Shown: positions 48,026 through 57,244, counted from the first letter of the stretch. The stretch is 64,000 nt of DNA from an uncultured virus (IMG/VR IMGVR_UViG_3300020463_003402) (IMGVR_UViG_3300020463_003402); one strand, 5' to 3'. A program made the numbers and translations. The notes: generated by a model not told the origin, from the sequence alone.

Positions 48026-49411
48026 ATGACTAATCAAACTATTGCTACAAAACACGAAGATATCGAACGCGCTACTTACTCACCAGAAGATAACAAGTTG
48101 CGTATCTACCCCCTAAATCGCCTAGATACAGACCTTTACAACGAGCTTAAGGAACTGGGCTTTGGTTGGGCACCAAAACAAGAACTTTTCGTGAAACCTT
48201 CTTGGTCGCCTCAAGCGGAAGATTTATGTATTCGCTTGGCCGGCACTATTGAACCTGAAGACACGACGATGGCCGAGCGTGCAGAAGCTAAGGCTGAGCG
48301 ATTAAGGGCTCTTGCTGAAAAGCGTGCTGACCAAGCACGAGGTTTTAGTGCTGCGGCTAACAATATGCAATTTGGTGATCAACCTATTCTAATGGGCCAT
48401 CACAGCCAGCGTAAAATGCAGAAAGCGCAAGAAGCCCAAGAGCGTAACGAAGAACGCGCCAAAGAAGCCAGCTCAGCGGTCCGATATTGGAACTGGCGCA
48501 TGATGGGCACCATTGCTCATGCTAACCACAAAAATCGCCCTGACGTTATTTATAGACGTATTAAAACGTTACTCACGGACTTGCGAAAGCAACAACGCTA
48601 TTTGCACGCTGCAGGGGATTGCTTATCTCTTTGGGAACGCTGCAAAGGGATGGAGGATGCCGATAAGCAAAAAGAGTTTGCTTTGATGATTGCGAATTAC
48701 CGTTGGGATATCTGTATCTCAGATAGTTACCGCGACATTAAGGAAGATAAGAAACCTTTATCGGAAATTATCGACGCCAATATTGAGCTAGGTACCAAGC
48801 GTAAGAACGACCAGAACTTACACCGCAAGATAAACCATATCTTGAACCGTCTTACTTACGAACGGGCTCAGTTGGGGGAAGTTGAATATTTTACCGGTAA
48901 GCTTACCGCCCCTGTATTGCAAACGTTCCTTAGAACACACGGCGCGGATAAACCTAAAGCGACCAAATCTGACGTTGGTTGGATTGTGGAGTGTGACAAC
49001 GACTTACCTATCCACATTGGTACAGGTTCGACACTGGAACTGGAAGAATTGGAATGGCGCGACCTGATGTATGAGGTGGGCTATGAAGTACCGGTCCCTA
49101 AGCCGAAGGCTCCCCCAATTGTTAACCTGTCACCGGAAGAAGTAAAAAGCGTGACGGTGAAAATGTGGGGCAGCGCACACAAGTACCCTATCGTCTCAAT
49201 GACGAAAGCGGAGTACAGCGCTATTTATAGTGATTACCGTGGGGTTAAGCCGAGTACCTGTGGTCTGTTCAGAGTCAAGGTATGTAAGCAGGTTCCTGCA
49301 GGAGGTGACCATTGGAACTCTAACTGGGCTGTGGTTTACCTAACGGACTCAAAGACGCACGCCGCGCCGAATTCAACGGCTCTTGAGTATGTGGAAGTGG
49401 AGACAGCCTAA
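48026..49411 (+). CDS. DUF3560-like protein of mobile elements
   Basis: ATYSPEDNKLRIYP, GFGWAPKQELFV, QPILMGHHSQR. Confidence 0.75.
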   Translation: MTNQTIATKHEDIERATYSPEDNKLRIYPLNRLDTDLYNELKELGFGWAPKQELFVKPSWSPQAEDLCIRLAGTIEPEDTTMAERAEAKAERLRALAEKRADQARGFSAAANNMQFGDQPILMGHHSQRKMQKAQEAQERNEERAKEASSAVRYWNWRMMGTIAHANHKNRPDVIYRRIKTLLTDLRKQQRYLHAAGDCLSLWERCKGMEDADKQKEFALMIANYRWDICISDSYRDIKEDKKPLSEIIDANIELGTKRKNDQNLHRKINHILNRLTYERAQLGEVEYFTGKLTAPVLQTFLRTHGADKPKATKSDVGWIVECDNDLPIHIGTGSTLELEELEWRDLMYEVGYEVPVPKPKAPPIVNLSPEEVKSVTVKMWGSAHKYPIVSMTKAEYSAIYSDYRGVKPSTCGLFRVKVCKQVPAGGDHWNSNWAVVYLTDSKTHAAPNSTALEYVEVETA

Positions 49412-50028
49412 TGGATTCATCAGTGTATGTAAGACCCAATAAACCCAAGCATGTTACGGCACCGGAAAAAGTAGAACTCGAGCCTATCGAGTTCTCCGAG
49501 GCCCCAAAGCCTGTCGTTGTTCATGCCTCAACGGAATGCCACGTTACGCCCTATGATGTGGCGGAGCGTATGGTCGAGCTGTTGGAGTTGGAATCCGACG
49601 ATCATGTTCTAGAACCTTCGGGGGGTACCGGTAATTTGGTTCAGGCTGTTAAAGCCGAGGGGCATGATGCTGACCTTATTACGATTGTTGAGCGTGAATA
49701 CTCGTTGGTTGAAGCTTTGTTACAGCGTTTTTGTAGTGCCGATTGCGAGGGGGCTGTCCCCTTGGTGCATCATGAAGACTTTCTTAGCTGGGCCGAGGCT
49801 CGTTACAACGCGGGGTATCGTTATGAAAAGATCATAATGAACCCCCCGTTCAAACAGGTAAAAAAGCATATGGAGGCCGCACGCAAGTTACTCCGCTTCA
49901 CGGGGGTACTTATTGCGGTGGTACCAACGTCGTTCGACCACCCCAGTTACGAGGAAGTCGAGACGTTACCCAGCGACACGTTTAGCACCTGTAAGGTGTT
50001 CACGAAAATCGTGCGGTATGAGGGTTAG
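49411..50028 (+). CDS. SAM-dependent (N6-adenine-type) methyltransferase
   Basis: VLEPSGGTG, IMNPPF. Confidence 0.85.
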   Translation: MDSSVYVRPNKPKHVTAPEKVELEPIEFSEAPKPVVVHASTECHVTPYDVAERMVELLELESDDHVLEPSGGTGNLVQAVKAEGHDADLITIVEREYSLVEALLQRFCSADCEGAVPLVHHEDFLSWAEARYNAGYRYEKIIMNPPFKQVKKHMEAARKLLRFTGVLIAVVPTSFDHPSYEEVETLPSDTFSTCKVFTKIVRYEG

Positions 50029-50030
50029 CC

Positions 50031-50222
50031 ATGGCTATTTTAAAAGTTGAGTGGCGGTATGTGTATAAGGCCAAAGGTAAAGTAGACCCCAACCTAGACC
50101 GGAAGCTAACAGCTCAAGTATTACCAATGATATCTAAGGCCCTAGAAGATAATCAAACCGAAGGGTTTCTGGATGCGGTATCTGAAGGAGACAAACTGAA
50201 AGGCCATTGGATGTTGGTCTAA
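50031..50222 (+). CDS. Hypothetical protein
   Basis: GAGG SD. Confidence 0.55.
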   Translation: MAILKVEWRYVYKAKGKVDPNLDRKLTAQVLPMISKALEDNQTEGFLDAVSEGDKLKGHWMLV

Positions 50223-50271
50223 CTACAGGGGGGAATTGCCCCCCCTATTTAATTAACTGAGGAAATTGACG

Positions 50272-50709
50272 ATGCGAGTATCAAACACAAAATTAGAAAT
50301 AAATATTGAAAGCGGGGACGACGCGCTATCTACCACCGAAGGGGCAGCGAGTGAAATAAAGAAAGCCCTACAGAAAGTAATAGATAGTATCGGTGATGAT
50401 GCGCCAATTGAAGGCTGCTCTGGAGCGTTTTTAGACTCTAACGGTAACGGTATGGGGGATTGGTGCCTCGATTTCGAAGAAATGGCCTGGATTTCAGACT
50501 GGGACGAATGGATTGAACACTGCAAAGAGTATATCTGTGAGAACGGTTTCTACCTCGAACAGGAAAGCACCACTGTCTATGAGTGGGACACGTTAGCCGA
50601 ACTCGACGAAACGGCGTTAGCTGAGTGGTTCAGTAATTACACGGACAGCGCGGTAACTCGCGAAGAAGTTTGCCCTGAAGCGCGTAACTGGGGATGGGAC
50701 AGCGAATGA
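50272..50709 (+). CDS. Highly acidic protein (DNA-mimic candidate)
   Basis: About one quarter D/E; Trp-rich; palindrome plus start motif. Confidence 0.7.
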   Translation: MRVSNTKLEINIESGDDALSTTEGAASEIKKALQKVIDSIGDDAPIEGCSGAFLDSNGNGMGDWCLDFEEMAWISDWDEWIEHCKEYICENGFYLEQESTTVYEWDTLAELDETALAEWFSNYTDSAVTREEVCPEARNWGWDSE

Positions 50710-50918
50710 GTAAAAAATCACTAGGTACCCTCCTCAGGGCAAAAGGTACCGTGGCGTCCTATTACACCCCTCGACCTAATGAATCTAAGGTTAAGACTTT
50801 CAAACGAGCAAAAGCGGATGCCACGCTAAATCTACTTTCTCACTTGCACGACGTTGAACAGTTGACAGAGGAAGAGTTCTTCACTTTTTCACAACAGGAA
50901 ATTGACGATGCAAATTAG
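50706..50918 (+). CDS. Hypothetical protein
   Basis: ATGA coupling. Confidence 0.55.
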   Translation: MSKKSLGTLLRAKGTVASYYTPRPNESKVKTFKRAKADATLNLLSHLHDVEQLTEEEFFTFSQQEIDDAN

Positions 50919-51258
50919 TAACGAAGACAAACAAGCAATCCTTGAAGAAATTAACGCGGCCTTTATAGGCCATTGTGTTCGAGCCTACATGAATTTGCTT
51001 AACCCAAGCCTTAAAGAGTTTATTGAAGCTCACCTCAACGAAATAGACCCCCAAGTGGTGTTTATCTATAACGATATTGATTTGAGGGGCGCGTATAGAG
51101 CTCGAAATTCTTTGAAGCCCACCTTGTTCGTGTTCACCGAAAACATGCTTCCCGACTCCTATATAACGAGCTGTGCGGACAAGGTAGAAATACCAGAACC
51201 TATTCGGTTACGAGTTGTTGAGGCTTGGTACGACGCCCAACCTGAAACTGAAATGTAA
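50908..51258 (+). CDS. Hypothetical protein
   Basis: Start motif. Confidence 0.65.
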   Translation: MQISNEDKQAILEEINAAFIGHCVRAYMNLLNPSLKEFIEAHLNEIDPQVVFIYNDIDLRGAYRARNSLKPTLFVFTENMLPDSYITSCADKVEIPEPIRLRVVEAWYDAQPETEM

Positions 51259-51312
51259 ACCTTACAGGGGGGAATTGCCCCTCTTATTTAATTAACTTGT
51301 TGGAGATTGACG

Positions 51313-52152
51313 ATGCACCCTGAATTAACAAAACAACTGAAAGTAAATTGCGCGAAACTCGGGCTTTCATTCTCAAGCCTCGACCTAATTGGCGAGTCTG
51401 AGACTCAGATAAAAGATATCACTATTAAAATAGAGCGCGATGCGGATGTTGAAAGCCCTCGTGAGTGGGATAACGTAGGTACTATGGTGTGTTGGCATAG
51501 TAGATACAATTTAGGTGATGAACAACCGTCAGCAAGCTACCAAGACTACCGCATTGGTATGGTAGAAGACGTTGAGCCAGGGTTTGAAGCGATGTTGGAA
51601 AGACTCGAACAGACTTGGCTTTCAAAACCTTGGGAGGCTGAATGGACTAAAGAATACGAAGAACTAGTAGAAGCGAAGATAGAAGCACGACTTGAGAAAT
51701 ACTATTTTATCCTGCCACTCTACTTATACGATCATTCAGGCATTACGATGAATACCGGCGGATTATCATGCTCTTGGGATTCGGGTCAAGTTGGGTTTAT
51801 TTATGTCACTAAAGAGAGAGCCCGTGAACAGTATGGTTTTAAGCGATTAACGAAAGAACGTGTTCAAAAGGTCTACGAATACTTAGATAGCGAAGTTAAG
51901 ACTTATGCCGCCTATCTTGAGGGTGATGTATATGGTTACATTATCGAAGGTGAAGATATCAACGATTCTTGCTGGGGCTATATTGGGCCGGATGGAGAAG
52001 GCTCAGCATTATCCGAAGCTTTATCTAATGTTGTAGCTCATAAAGAAAGTCGGGTAGATAGACGAATAGATAAGATTAAAACTTGGATCAAAAACCAAGT
52101 CCCACTCTTAAAACGTCGCGAACTGGCAACAGAGTTACCAATATTGTTATAG
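51313..52152 (+). CDS. Conserved phage/mobile-element protein of unknown function
   Basis: SPREWDNVGTM, LPLYLYDHSG, WDSGQVGFIY, DSCWGY. Confidence 0.75.
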   Translation: MHPELTKQLKVNCAKLGLSFSSLDLIGESETQIKDITIKIERDADVESPREWDNVGTMVCWHSRYNLGDEQPSASYQDYRIGMVEDVEPGFEAMLERLEQTWLSKPWEAEWTKEYEELVEAKIEARLEKYYFILPLYLYDHSGITMNTGGLSCSWDSGQVGFIYVTKERAREQYGFKRLTKERVQKVYEYLDSEVKTYAAYLEGDVYGYIIEGEDINDSCWGYIGPDGEGSALSEALSNVVAHKESRVDRRIDKIKTWIKNQVPLLKRRELATELPILL

Positions 52153-52304
52153 TGATTACGAAATCTTGCCACCCCGCGGCAACATTTCGCCTCTTATATC
52201 ACTCCTTATGGCTTGAAACGGTCTAAAACTCTTAGACTTTCGTTTAGGCACATGCTTTGCAATTAACTCCATAGAAACAACCAAACCTCTTATGGAGAAA
52301 CACA

Positions 52305-52457
52305 ATGAAAAAATTAGGATTCGCAATCGCGCTAGTACTTGGTATGGGTTCAACAATGGCTATGGCTGATGTTGGTAGTAATGTTGTTGTCCCAAAACCA
52401 GCGGACAACCCTAAAACCGAATCACTCAAGCCTAAAAAGCCTACGGTTGGTTTTTAA
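52305..52457 (+). CDS. 50-aa secreted peptide precursor (not in the ORF track)
   Basis: MKKLGFAIALVLGMGSTMAMA-DVGSNVVVPKPADNPKTESLKPKKPTVGF; GGAG SD; Sec signal with AMA cleavage site. Confidence 0.75.
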   Translation: MKKLGFAIALVLGMGSTMAMADVGSNVVVPKPADNPKTESLKPKKPTVGF

Positions 52458-52468
52458 GTCTAGAAATT

Positions 52469-52493
52469 AAAAGAGCGGCTAAGCCGCTCTTTT
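52469..52493. terminator. Bidirectional intrinsic terminator
   Basis: AAAAGAGCGGC-taa-GCCGCTCTTTT between convergent genes. Confidence 0.85.
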
Positions 52494-53237
52494 AAATAGT
52501 ACTTCCAATTTTCTAGGTATGGACCCTGCGAGGTCCTTGACGTAGAACTCTTGAATACTCGCGTGGAACAACAACATAAGAAACATAATAGTCTGGGTAA
52601 TAAACACGATATTAAACAGGAAATAGAAGCTCGGTAAGTGTAGCGCGTACTCAATATCAACGAGGCGATAATCATAAAGTAGTGGGCCTGTCTCATGAAT
52701 ACCAAAATGTATCGTGAATATGTGGTAGTAAACCGCAATAGCAAAACAGATAAACCAGCACAACTTATAAACCATACATAACCATGTACCTAGGTTTGTG
52801 TCTTCAGTTTTATCCAGCAATTTGAATCCAGCTTCTCTAAATCTTTCAGACCTAATAAGTTGGTTCGCTACCCAAAACTGGAATTTAACCCGATATTGGT
52901 ACATCACCATGGTTAGAATACCTGGCACATAAATCATGGCAATAGCCGTATGAAGTGTCGGGCTTAAGCTAAACATTAGGCTGGCAATTGCCTGTTCGGA
53001 TATTGAAGCAATTATGATCAAAGCCAAAACGATACGGTTATTGAAACCCTTAACCATTACGCCAGCTAAGATTATGCATGAGAACATCACCGCGTAGTAG
53101 CTGATAATATCGGACAAAGAATACAGTTGCCATTTCCCTTCCACAAGGAAGTTGTTTAAAACAGCCGTAAAGATAAGTAGGGCCGTAACGAAAAACGCGA
53201 ACCGTAAGCCGTAGGTTTTAAAGAAGTGACGGTACAT
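52479..53237 (-). CDS. Polytopic membrane protein (~6 TM)
   Basis: Multiple hydrophobic helices; 4 bp downstream of the XRE gene. Confidence 0.8.
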   Translation of the reverse strand: MYRHFFKTYGLRFAFFVTALLIFTAVLNNFLVEGKWQLYSLSDIISYYAVMFSCIILAGVMVKGFNNRIVLALIIIASISEQAIASLMFSLSPTLHTAIAMIYVPGILTMVMYQYRVKFQFWVANQLIRSERFREAGFKLLDKTEDTNLGTWLCMVYKLCWFICFAIAVYYHIFTIHFGIHETGPLLYDYRLVDIEYALHLPSFYFLFNIVFITQTIMFLMLLFHASIQEFYVKDLAGSIPRKLEVLFKRAA

Positions 53238-53241
53238 AAAA

Positions 53242-53562
53242 TTACTCCCAAAACGTCGCTAAGAATCTTTTAAAATCCGAGAATGGGATATCCGATAAGG
53301 TAATTTTACTCACTACCGCACCGAGTCCCTTCTTCATGTGAGCGCGTTTTGCAATTTGTTGGTATTTGTAGAATTCTTCTGTGGAAATTTTGCCGTATCG
53401 CTCGGCATTTGAAATAGTATTCTTGTGAACGTCCGCAGCAATAGCGAGTTCTTCTTGCGTCAATCGATAGTTCTGGCGCATGTTTTTAAACTTTCGAGCT
53501 ATTCGCCTACGACGCTCTAGCTCCCATTGTGGTTCTATATTATCGTCAATTTTCTTAGACAC
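53242..53562 (-). CDS. XRE-family HTH transcriptional regulator
   Basis: LTQEELAIAADVHKNTISNAERYG. Confidence 0.85.
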   Translation of the reverse strand: MSKKIDDNIEPQWELERRRRIARKFKNMRQNYRLTQEELAIAADVHKNTISNAERYGKISTEEFYKYQQIAKRAHMKKGLGAVVSKITLSDIPFSDFKRFLATFWE

Positions 53563-53670
53563 GGCAGTACTCCATCAAGGCCATAATGTAAATCTTTTAC
53601 TACAAAACAAAACGAACAAATTCTAACCAATTAAATAAATTAAAGAAAGCAGAATTTTTTAATAAATATT

Positions 53671-53695
53671 AAAAACACAAATAAATTGTGTTTTT
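53671..53695. promoter_or_regulatory. Perfect operator-like palindrome AAAAACACAA-ATAAA-TTGTGTTTTT
   Basis: In the divergent XRE/ligase intergenic region, near TTGATA-17-TAGTTT. Confidence 0.65.
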
Positions 53696-53791
53696 GCAGC
53701 GTAACTTCGTTTTTAACTTGATATACCAAAGTTGAAAGCGTAGTTTTAACTCCGCCTACGGGCTTAACTTTAAAATTTGGAAATTGACGAT

Positions 53792-54967
53792 ATGAATATC
53801 CCCGCTAATACCCCTAGCACCACCTCTTTAGATGCCGACGTTCGCTTTGAACAAACACTATACAAAGTCCATTCGGGCGGGAAAGTCGGTTCGTGGCATA
53901 TCAAGGTTACGCTTAACCCTGACGATACGGCCAGCACACTTGTTACCTCCCGTAAGGTCTTGGGTGGCAAAGGTGTCGAAACGCCTACTGATTACACCGA
54001 AGGTAAGAATATTGGTCGCAGCAATGAAACCACGCCAATTATGCAAGCCGTGTTTGAAGCTCAAAGCAAAGTCAAAAAACAACTGGATAAAGGCTATGTT
54101 GAAGACCAACCGGAGGAAGGTGCAGCGGTCACCAATGCCTTAGGTTTGGTTAAACCGATGTTGGCCCAGCCGATTGATAAAGTAAAAGACTGGGAATTCC
54201 CTGTATTTGTTCAGCCTAAGATGGATGGCCACCGTTGCTTAGCAACCATACAAGATGAAAAGGTGTTCCTTTACTCTCGTGGCGGAAAGCCAATCACGGT
54301 TGTTCACGTTATGGAACGTTTACAGTTTCTTTATGATAGAGGCATTTGGGATGGTACAACGTTGGATGGTGAGCTCTATGCACACGGTAAAGCCTTTGAA
54401 AATATTTCTAGTCTTATCAAGAAGCCACAAGAAGACAGTAAATACCTGTCGTACAATATTTATGACGTTGTTCTTAATCTTCCTTACGCTGATAGATTTG
54501 ATTACTTGGACTCTCGTATAACCGAAAGCTCTTACCCTACCCTATGCTTAACGGCGTGTTACAAAGTCGATGATCAAGCTGGTATCGACAAATATCATGA
54601 TTTTTGGACCTCTAACGGCTATGAAGGCACGATGGTTCGCCAAGGGGATGCCCCTTACGAAACGGATAAACGCAGTGCATCTTTGATGAAGCGTAAGGAC
54701 GAAGAAGACGCCGAGTTTGAAATTATTGGGGTCCGCAAAGGTAAGCCTAATAAGCGCCTAGGTACAGAAGTAGGTATTTATGTATGTCAGACAGAAGACG
54801 GTAAAACCTTTGATGTTACGGCGCCTGGGGATGCTCACGAAAAGCATGAACACGCCATGAACGGTCATAAGAATATCGGTAAGAAACTCACGGTGTTCTC
54901 GTTTGGCTACACCAAAGAAGGTAAGCCTTGTCATGTTACTAATTCCCGTATTCGTGAGGACCTGTAA
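53792..54967 (+). CDS. ATP-dependent DNA ligase
   Basis: QPKMDGHRC (KxDG), LDGELY, YEGTMVR, LMKRK. Confidence 0.92.
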   Translation: MNIPANTPSTTSLDADVRFEQTLYKVHSGGKVGSWHIKVTLNPDDTASTLVTSRKVLGGKGVETPTDYTEGKNIGRSNETTPIMQAVFEAQSKVKKQLDKGYVEDQPEEGAAVTNALGLVKPMLAQPIDKVKDWEFPVFVQPKMDGHRCLATIQDEKVFLYSRGGKPITVVHVMERLQFLYDRGIWDGTTLDGELYAHGKAFENISSLIKKPQEDSKYLSYNIYDVVLNLPYADRFDYLDSRITESSYPTLCLTACYKVDDQAGIDKYHDFWTSNGYEGTMVRQGDAPYETDKRSASLMKRKDEEDAEFEIIGVRKGKPNKRLGTEVGIYVCQTEDGKTFDVTAPGDAHEKHEHAMNGHKNIGKKLTVFSFGYTKEGKPCHVTNSRIREDL

Positions 54968-55602
54968 TGGCCCAGCTACGTCGTGATAATGTATTTCGAT
55001 TACAGCGTAGCTTGTTCTACTGGGATAAGTCTTTCGATGCGCCTTTCGTTCACCTTATTTACAAAAAGCTGAAAGCATATGTTGAAAATAAGTTCCCCGA
55101 TTTAGACTGGGATGAGGAACTTAAGTTAGCGCGAGAAGACTTCTGGCATGTGAAGACTTGGGGGAACCTAGAGACGGGACTTGAAAAGTCTCGTCTAGTT
55201 ATCGATGTAAAAGGGCAAAAGATAAATATTCAGGTCAGTAAAATGATGTGGTGTTTACTTTACCCCGATTACTTATTGATAACTTATCCACTCTGGCCCC
55301 CAGGAAAACAAAAGACGATGGATAGTGAAACGCTGAATTGGGCGAACCCTATGTTTCACTACCCCTCAAGATATTGGCATCTTCCGGCACACGTTTATAG
55401 TTACTTTGAAAGTGTCTATGGGGAGCGTAGGCCTGAAGAGATTAAAGGGGACCGTTACCAAAAGTACCTTGTTAAGCGTAGTGAATATTGCCAGTACTTT
55501 GCTAGGAAGTACCGTTTACCGTTAAACCATTTTGAAGCGGTAACAGGAACGAGAGTTCAGGCAAGACACCACGATTTAAAAACTATCCTAGCGCTTTATT
55601 GA
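54967..55602 (+). CDS. Hypothetical protein
   Basis: Coupled ORF. Confidence 0.65.
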   Translation: MAQLRRDNVFRLQRSLFYWDKSFDAPFVHLIYKKLKAYVENKFPDLDWDEELKLAREDFWHVKTWGNLETGLEKSRLVIDVKGQKINIQVSKMMWCLLYPDYLLITYPLWPPGKQKTMDSETLNWANPMFHYPSRYWHLPAHVYSYFESVYGERRPEEIKGDRYQKYLVKRSEYCQYFARKYRLPLNHFEAVTGTRVQARHHDLKTILALY

Positions 55603-55621
55603 CTTGGAGGACCTAAACAAT

Positions 55622-55891
55622 ATGCCACAAAACTTACAGGCGGATTACTTTGTAAAGCTAAGGAAAGTGCAAGCTGAGTTGTCCCAGCTACGTAACCTGG
55701 GTTCGAGCGCTAACTTTAAAGCTTTGCTGAAGGATATTGAGTCCGCTAACAAAATGGCCGATACGCTTGGGATCAAGCAACCTTATCCCGACTCATTAGT
55801 GAGTGAAATTGAGGCCATGCAAGACCGTTTAACGCGTTATCAGCAGACGGGGTTAGATATCCCGAATCTTTCTAATGTCGTTAAACACTAA
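55622..55891 (+). CDS. Hypothetical protein
   Basis: GGAGG SD. Confidence 0.6.
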   Translation: MPQNLQADYFVKLRKVQAELSQLRNLGSSANFKALLKDIESANKMADTLGIKQPYPDSLVSEIEAMQDRLTRYQQTGLDIPNLSNVVKH

Positions 55892-56153
55892 GTCCCAACC
55901 CAAGTTGGAGCCAGTATCGCTTCAACTTGAGGTTGTATCCCCCTTGCACAAGGCTATTGGGATGCGAATAGATTTCCACACAACGTTTACGTTTGATGAT
56001 GATGGCGAGGCGCTGAGGAAGAAACTCGGGATGGCTGGAAGTAGTTTCAGTCGCTTAAGACGAGGGACCAAAGAAATAACTTTGACAGACTTACAAAATC
56101 TGGCAGAATTCTTTAACACTGGGGTAATAAATATTATCAAATCTAATTTTTAA
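55875..56153 (+). CDS. HTH (XRE-like) protein
   Basis: LRKKLGMAGSSFSRLRRGTKEITLTDLQNLAEFF. Confidence 0.7.
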   Translation: MSLNTKSQPKLEPVSLQLEVVSPLHKAIGMRIDFHTTFTFDDDGEALRKKLGMAGSSFSRLRRGTKEITLTDLQNLAEFFNTGVINIIKSNF

Positions 56154-56179
56154 TTACTCAGACAATCAGGAAATTGACG

Positions 56180-56872
56180 ATGCAACTGCAAAAAGAACCC
56201 GCACCCCTCGGGCACTATGGTATTCACGAGGACGAAGGTGTTAACTATATCTACCAAGATACTTGTCCGCATGGCTGGAACTTTATCGGCCTAAGCACCA
56301 AATCAAATCTTACGGTTAAACAACTGAGAAACCAGTGCTCACATAATATCAATGTGAATTTAGCCACACGTAAGCTAAGCAAAATCCACTTAAGTAAGTT
56401 CAACAACATTGTAGCCGACCCACTGGTTCAAGCTATGTTACCGGTACCGAATGGAAAAACTTACTTCCTAGACGAAGAACAACTACCGGATGCTGCGGTA
56501 TGGCTTGCGTGCTTAGAACGGTTGAACTCTCCACTTTATACGTGGGTGAAGCCTTTGTTCGCTGTGAGCATGAACCACGCTATCAAACACATTGATAAAA
56601 CCAATATTCACCCAATGGTGTTTGTTGATTTGAAGAACACCGATAACGAATCTGTATTGAAGCTGGCCACGGCTGCAAAGACGTCTCCTAGAACGGTGAT
56701 CTTCTGCGGTGACTCCTCAATGGTGCTCCCAAAACACGTTCATCGTTTAGAAACGAAACTTAGTGAACTTATGCCACTACAAGATTTAATCAGCTTGCCC
56801 CTCGAACACTTGGGGAGTTACGTATTATCCGAGTACTGCAAAGGTACCCGTTCGTTTGACAAAGTAGCATAA
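56180..56872 (+). CDS. Hypothetical protein
   Basis: Start motif. Confidence 0.65.
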   Translation: MQLQKEPAPLGHYGIHEDEGVNYIYQDTCPHGWNFIGLSTKSNLTVKQLRNQCSHNINVNLATRKLSKIHLSKFNNIVADPLVQAMLPVPNGKTYFLDEEQLPDAAVWLACLERLNSPLYTWVKPLFAVSMNHAIKHIDKTNIHPMVFVDLKNTDNESVLKLATAAKTSPRTVIFCGDSSMVLPKHVHRLETKLSELMPLQDLISLPLEHLGSYVLSEYCKGTRSFDKVA

Positions 56873-56902
56873 GAATAATTGACGATAAGAGACACGATAG
56901 CC

Positions 56903-57244
56903 ATGTTGAAATTTTCAGAAAGACTCGCTCTTTTGAAGAATGCGATACGAGAAAAAGACCTTAAGCAGAAAGACCTTGCAGACGCGCTAGGCTGCAATCA
57001 AGCCAAAGTTTCTTTGGCTCTTTCTGGGACTAAAGAGGTCCCAATGGAATTTTTACTCGAGATACTTCTTAAATCTGAGTTCCCAATCGAGAGAGTGTTC
57101 CCAGACCTGAGAAACGATTTACAAGAAATTGTAACGTTACTTGAGAAGGGGGCTAGTCAACAGGCCACGACTAATTTACTTAATTTGATGAAATTAACTA
57201 ACCATTATGACCAGCATTCAAAAGATACCAAAGCAGCCAGCTAA
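56903..57244 (+). CDS. XRE/Cro-like HTH protein
   Basis: LKQKDLADALGCNQAKVSLALSG. Confidence 0.8.
   Translation: MLKFSERLALLKNAIREKDLKQKDLADALGCNQAKVSLALSGTKEVPMEFLLEILLKSEFPIERVFPDLRNDLQEIVTLLEKGASQQATTNLLNLMKLTNHYDQHSKDTKAAS

Larger units (their letters stand above)
36685..51283. repeat. Dispersed family of 12 palindromes GGGGGGAA(N2-3)TT(C/G)CCCCC
   Basis: Copies near 36685, 37467, 37697, 38194, 38238, 40399, 41769, 44684, 47035, 47972, 50228 and 51267. Confidence 0.9.

Noticed and set aside
36685..51283. G6/C6 palindromes as a CRISPR array or integron attC sites
   Set aside because: Separated by whole genes at irregular spacing; no cas or integron-integrase gene; no GTTRRRY/RYYYAAC boxes.
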